Notes under the pieces: model-generated | Told to the model about the DNA's origin: nothing | The model's input: the letters and a program-made list of their open reading frames with translations, nothing else | Database searches by the model: none | Made by a program: the position numbers and the translations under genes | Part shown: positions 38,453 to 41,144 of the stretch, piece by piece | How positions within the stretch are numbered: position 1 is the stretch's first letter | Layout: each line of letters starts with the position of its first letter | NCBI GenBank assembly: GCA_964646045.1 | Contig: CAZYAW010000105.1 | Span: 1-41,144 of the forward strand | Length of the DNA: 41,144 bases | Reading direction: 5' to 3' | From: an uncultured Victivallales bacterium | GTDB lineage: Bacteria > Verrucomicrobiota > Kiritimatiellia > UBA8416 > SLMC01

Positions 38453-39070
38453 TCTCTTTTGGATGGCCTGCTCTACGGCCTGAACCAGTTTCCGGTCTTC
38501 TGGCTTCGTGCGGCTACCGAACCGAGCCGCGATCTTGCCGTCCGCCCCGATGAGGAACTTATTGAAGTTCCACGAGATAGCGCCTCCGAATTCCGGGTTC
38601 GTTTCCTTCGAGGTCAGATACGCGTAGAGCGGATGCACATCTTTGCCTTTCACCGAGATCTTTGCGAACATCGGGAAGGTCACGCCATAGTTCAGCGTGC
38701 AGAACTGCTGAATCTCGGTATTGCTTCCCGGTTCCTGGCTCAGAAAATCGTTCGCCGGAAATCCGAGCACCAGAAAGCCTTGGTCCTTGTACGTCTTGTA
38801 CAACTTCTGCAGCCCCTCATACTGCCCGGTGAAGCCGCACTTGCTCGCGACATTCACGATCAGCAAAACCTTGCCCTTATAGTCCGCGAGCGCGACATCC
38901 TTGTCGTCGATGCTCTTGACAACGAAATCGTGAATACTCTTCATTTCTTGATTCCCTTCCTCCGCCAAGCCATCCTGATCGTTGGGCACAGCGCCTCGGC
39001 ACCCGCCGAGCATGAGCGCGACAACCATCCCGAGCGTTGAGAACCGCCTCAGCATAACTTCACGTCTCAT
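38438..39070 (-). CDS. Glutathione peroxidase (Cys-type), probable lipoprotein
   Basis: NVASKCGFT, LGFPANDF and WNFNKFL. The N-terminal signal has lipobox LMLGGC. The stop codon lies inside the palindrome of repeat copy A. Confidence 0.88.
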   Translation of the reverse strand: MRREVMLRRFSTLGMVVALMLGGCRGAVPNDQDGLAEEGNQEMKSIHDFVVKSIDDKDVALADYKGKVLLIVNVASKCGFTGQYEGLQKLYKTYKDQGFLVLGFPANDFLSQEPGSNTEIQQFCTLNYGVTFPMFAKISVKGKDVHPLYAYLTSKETNPEFGGAISWNFNKFLIGADGKIAARFGSRTKPEDRKLVQAVEQAIQKRPPDA

Positions 39071-39234
39071 TTCCCCCCAAATCTATCGGAGCGCACAGGT
39101 TGTCCGCGCTCTTGGCCGTGCGACCACAGACTGGATGACATGGATATGGCCCGTACATCAATGTGGGCAAGGTAGCGGAATCGGGCAGGCAATGTCAAGG
39201 CCTGCTGCCAATGTTTTTAGATTGTTCCGTCGTG

Positions 39235-39260
39235 AGATGCGACGCATATGCGTCGCATCT
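39235..39260. repeat. 26-bp perfect palindrome AGATGCGACGCATATGCGTCGCATCT
   Basis: Read directly. Its arms contain the same CGACGC/GCGTCG half-sites as the termini of repeat copies A, B and C. Confidence 0.8.
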
Positions 39261-39262
39261 TT

Positions 39263-39289
39263 ATTCGTGTGAATTCGTGTTCATTCGTG
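39263..39289 (+). repeat. Three ATTCGTG motifs phased at exactly 10 bp
   Basis: ATTCGTG at 39263, 39273 and 39283, read directly, immediately after the 26-bp palindrome. Confidence 0.7.
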
Positions 39290-39295
39290 GTTCAA

Positions 39296-39425
39296 CAGTT
39301 CGGTTGCGGGCGACAGCCCGCCTTAGGGACACACACGCTATCGGGAAAATCGCCTTGTGCCCGGCCGCTCGCGCCGACAGAAGGTCTGTCCCTTATGCCC
39401 TTATTATCGACGCTAAGCGTCGGCA
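39296..39425 (+). repeat. Repeat family copy B (diverged), ending in TCGACGCTAAGCGTCG
   Basis: The 3' module CCCTTATGCCCTTATTATCGACGCTAAGCGTCGG matches copies A and C. The 5' part (GGGCGACAGCCCGCC, ATCGGGAAAATCGCCTTGTGCC) is only loosely similar. Confidence 0.5.
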
Positions 39426-39545
39426 AGACATCTTTGCAATTAGCCGAATATTTTTGTATACAAACAAGAATAAATACCATACATATAGCCGAATGAATGA
39501 CAAACAATTAACCGAACGTTATCCGGCCATGCTTGGAGAGCATCA

Positions 39546-40796
39546 ATGACATATCATCCCCGGTTCGCCGACACGCTGCTTGGAAAGGGACTCGAAAGCG
39601 CAGGAGCGGTTTTGGTTGAGGGCCCAAAAGCCTGTGGAAAAACGGAAACGGCGGCACAAGTTGCCAAGAGTCAAGTCTGGTTCGACACGGATTCCGATGT
39701 TCCGATCAAGATGGACATTGATCCTCGTCTTGTTCTCGAGGGCCCAACACCGCGCCTCATTGATGAATGGCAACTCTTTCCGCACATCTGGGACTTCACG
39801 CGAAGAGAAGTGGATACAAGAAAGAAAAAAGGACAATTCATTCTCACAGGTTCGGCCACGCCGGATGATAAAGCCCGTCGCCATTCCGGCGCAGGTCGTT
39901 TTTCCGTGATACATATGCGAACCATGTCCTGGCTTGAACGGGGCTGGTCCTCCGGCGAGGTTTCGCTTCAGTCGCTTATCGAAACGGCCGCGCCCCATTC
40001 TGCAAACGCCGACTTTTCCATCCCGGGGCTCTGCGAGCAGATTGCCATTGGAGGATGGCCGGGCCTCATCGGGGAAACCCCCGAAGCTGCATTCGAATTC
40101 ACGAAAAACTATGTCAACGTCATTGCCGAGGCGGATGTGGATCGTGTTTCGGATCGGCGACGGAACGCCGCAAAAGTACGGCGCTTCATCCGTTCCCTTG
40201 CGCGCAATGTCTCGACGGAAGCCTCCCTGCATGCGATGGCTTCCGATGCCGCCGGCAGCGATGACACTCTCGATGACGACACTGCCCGAGCCTATTTACA
40301 GGCGCTGGAACGTCTGATGGTCACCGAGAATCTGCCCGCTTGGAATCCGCACATTCGATCCTCTGCCGCGCTGCGCAAATCTCCGAAACGCCACTTCTGC
40401 GACCCTTCGCTGGCGCTGGGGGCGCTCGGTATCACCGCGCGAAAACTGGCTTCCGACTTGCATTACCTGGGAATGCTCTTCGAGTCTGCTGCCATTCGAG
40501 ATCTTCGTGTCTATGCTTGGGCAAACGGAGGATATGTCTCCCACTACCGGGATGCCGCCGGGCATGAGGTCGACGCCATTGTCGAGCGCCCCGATGGGAG
40601 GTGGGGAGCGTTCGAGGTAAAAATGGGCATGGGCGCCGTCGACGAGGCTGCGGCCAGCCTGCTCGCCCTGGCGGCAATAATCGATACAAGCAAAACGCCG
40701 CCGCCGGAAGTCTTGTGTGTCATCACGGGAAACGGCTTTGCCCACCGACGCAAAGATGGCGTCTGCGTTGCGCCCCTCGCAACACTTGGCCCATAG
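39546..40796 (+). CDS. AAA-type ATP-binding protein (AAA_14 plus DUF4143-like architecture)
   Basis: Walker A is VEGPKACGKTE and Walker-B-like is FILTGS. Length and C-terminal pattern (GHEVDAIVERPDGRWGAFEVK) are typical of the DUF4143 ATPase family. The domain names are recalled, not verified. Confidence 0.75.
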   Translation: MTYHPRFADTLLGKGLESAGAVLVEGPKACGKTETAAQVAKSQVWFDTDSDVPIKMDIDPRLVLEGPTPRLIDEWQLFPHIWDFTRREVDTRKKKGQFILTGSATPDDKARRHSGAGRFSVIHMRTMSWLERGWSSGEVSLQSLIETAAPHSANADFSIPGLCEQIAIGGWPGLIGETPEAAFEFTKNYVNVIAEADVDRVSDRRRNAAKVRRFIRSLARNVSTEASLHAMASDAAGSDDTLDDDTARAYLQALERLMVTENLPAWNPHIRSSAALRKSPKRHFCDPSLALGALGITARKLASDLHYLGMLFESAAIRDLRVYAWANGGYVSHYRDAAGHEVDAIVERPDGRWGAFEVKMGMGAVDEAAASLLALAAIIDTSKTPPPEVLCVITGNGFAHRRKDGVCVAPLATLGP

Positions 40797-40842
40797 AAAA
40801 ATATCAGGGACACACCCGCTGTCAGCCCATCGCTTATCGGCC

Positions 40843-40982
40843 ACGACAAACAGGGCCAAGGGATACCGGGTTTACAGCCAAAAAATCATGCGAAAAATGC
40901 CCCGCAAGCCCCTCTACAGGCCTTGTTTTTGTAGCAAAGCATTCAGTATGAGATGTTTATCGACGCTAAGCGTCGATGGGGT
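40843..40982 (+). repeat. Repeat family copy C (~140 bp) ending in TCGACGCTAAGCGTCGA
   Basis: Same orientation as copy A. It starts 47 nt after the stop of the ATPase gene. Confidence 0.75.
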
Positions 40983-41144
40983 GAGGCTCAACCTCGTTAC
41001 AGCTTAAAACACGATTGTTTTTTTGCCTGTAAGGGCCAGAACTGATACTTGAGAGTACCGAGTTCTTAGCGTGACCGGCAAGCTCTTTTGGTGTTTTTTT
41101 TGGTGCGTAGCCGGGACGCTGCGAGACATAGCTCGACCCATCGG

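Noticed and set aside
38314-40982. Canonical integron attC sites or an integron cassette array
   Set aside because: The layout is cassette-like, but I could not find RYYYAAC / GTTRRRY core sites at the repeat ends or a long imperfect attC-type hairpin. No intI gene is in the window. It is kept as an open finding rather than called an integron.

Overview
This is a 41.1-kb, high-GC bacterial chromosomal segment. The organism is diderm-type (lnt and secA are present), but lineage cannot be determined from this window. I found no rRNA, tRNA or CRISPR array.

(1) 1-19.3 kb is mostly housekeeping. It holds rlmN, a CaCA antiporter, an ATGA-coupled PAP2 phosphatase plus GT39/ArnT-like glycosyltransferase pair, and an ABC-F ATPase. 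A long co-directional minus-strand string follows: ispD, metallophosphoesterase, secA, lnt, prfB (with the classical +1 programmed frameshift, missed by the ORF track), AEC-type permease, RNase R and a URO-D-like protein.

(2) 19.7-35.6 kb is the most interesting part, a tightly packed locus of 9-10 envelope genes.
- The plus-strand operon is translationally coupled: candidate 62-aa small ORF, 291-aa internally duplicated protein, PqqD-like protein, FtsX permease, ABC ATPase, 1633-aa fusion protein, 676-aa polytopic protein, second ABC ATPase.
- The 1633-aa fusion joins a degenerate PA/M28 peptidase-like ectodomain to an FtsX permease.
- The operon ends stop-codon-on-stop-codon against a convergent pair of large paralogous polytopic membrane proteins with OPT-like motifs.
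- I know of no characterised system with this composition.

(3) 35.6-36.4 kb holds an orphan consensus promoter, a hairpin and a start-less coding fragment, followed by ychF.

(4) 37.5-41.1 kb is visibly more AT-rich and cassette-like.
- It carries an antitoxin with a truncated PIN toxin, a lipoprotein glutathione peroxidase and an AAA/DUF4143-type ATPase.
- These are punctuated by three same-orientation copies of a ~130-140-bp repeat, each ending in a CGACGC-TAA-GCGTCG palindrome. A related 26-bp perfect palindrome lies nearby.

Many long ORFs in the track are antisense or out-of-frame shadow ORFs typical of high-GC DNA and were not called.
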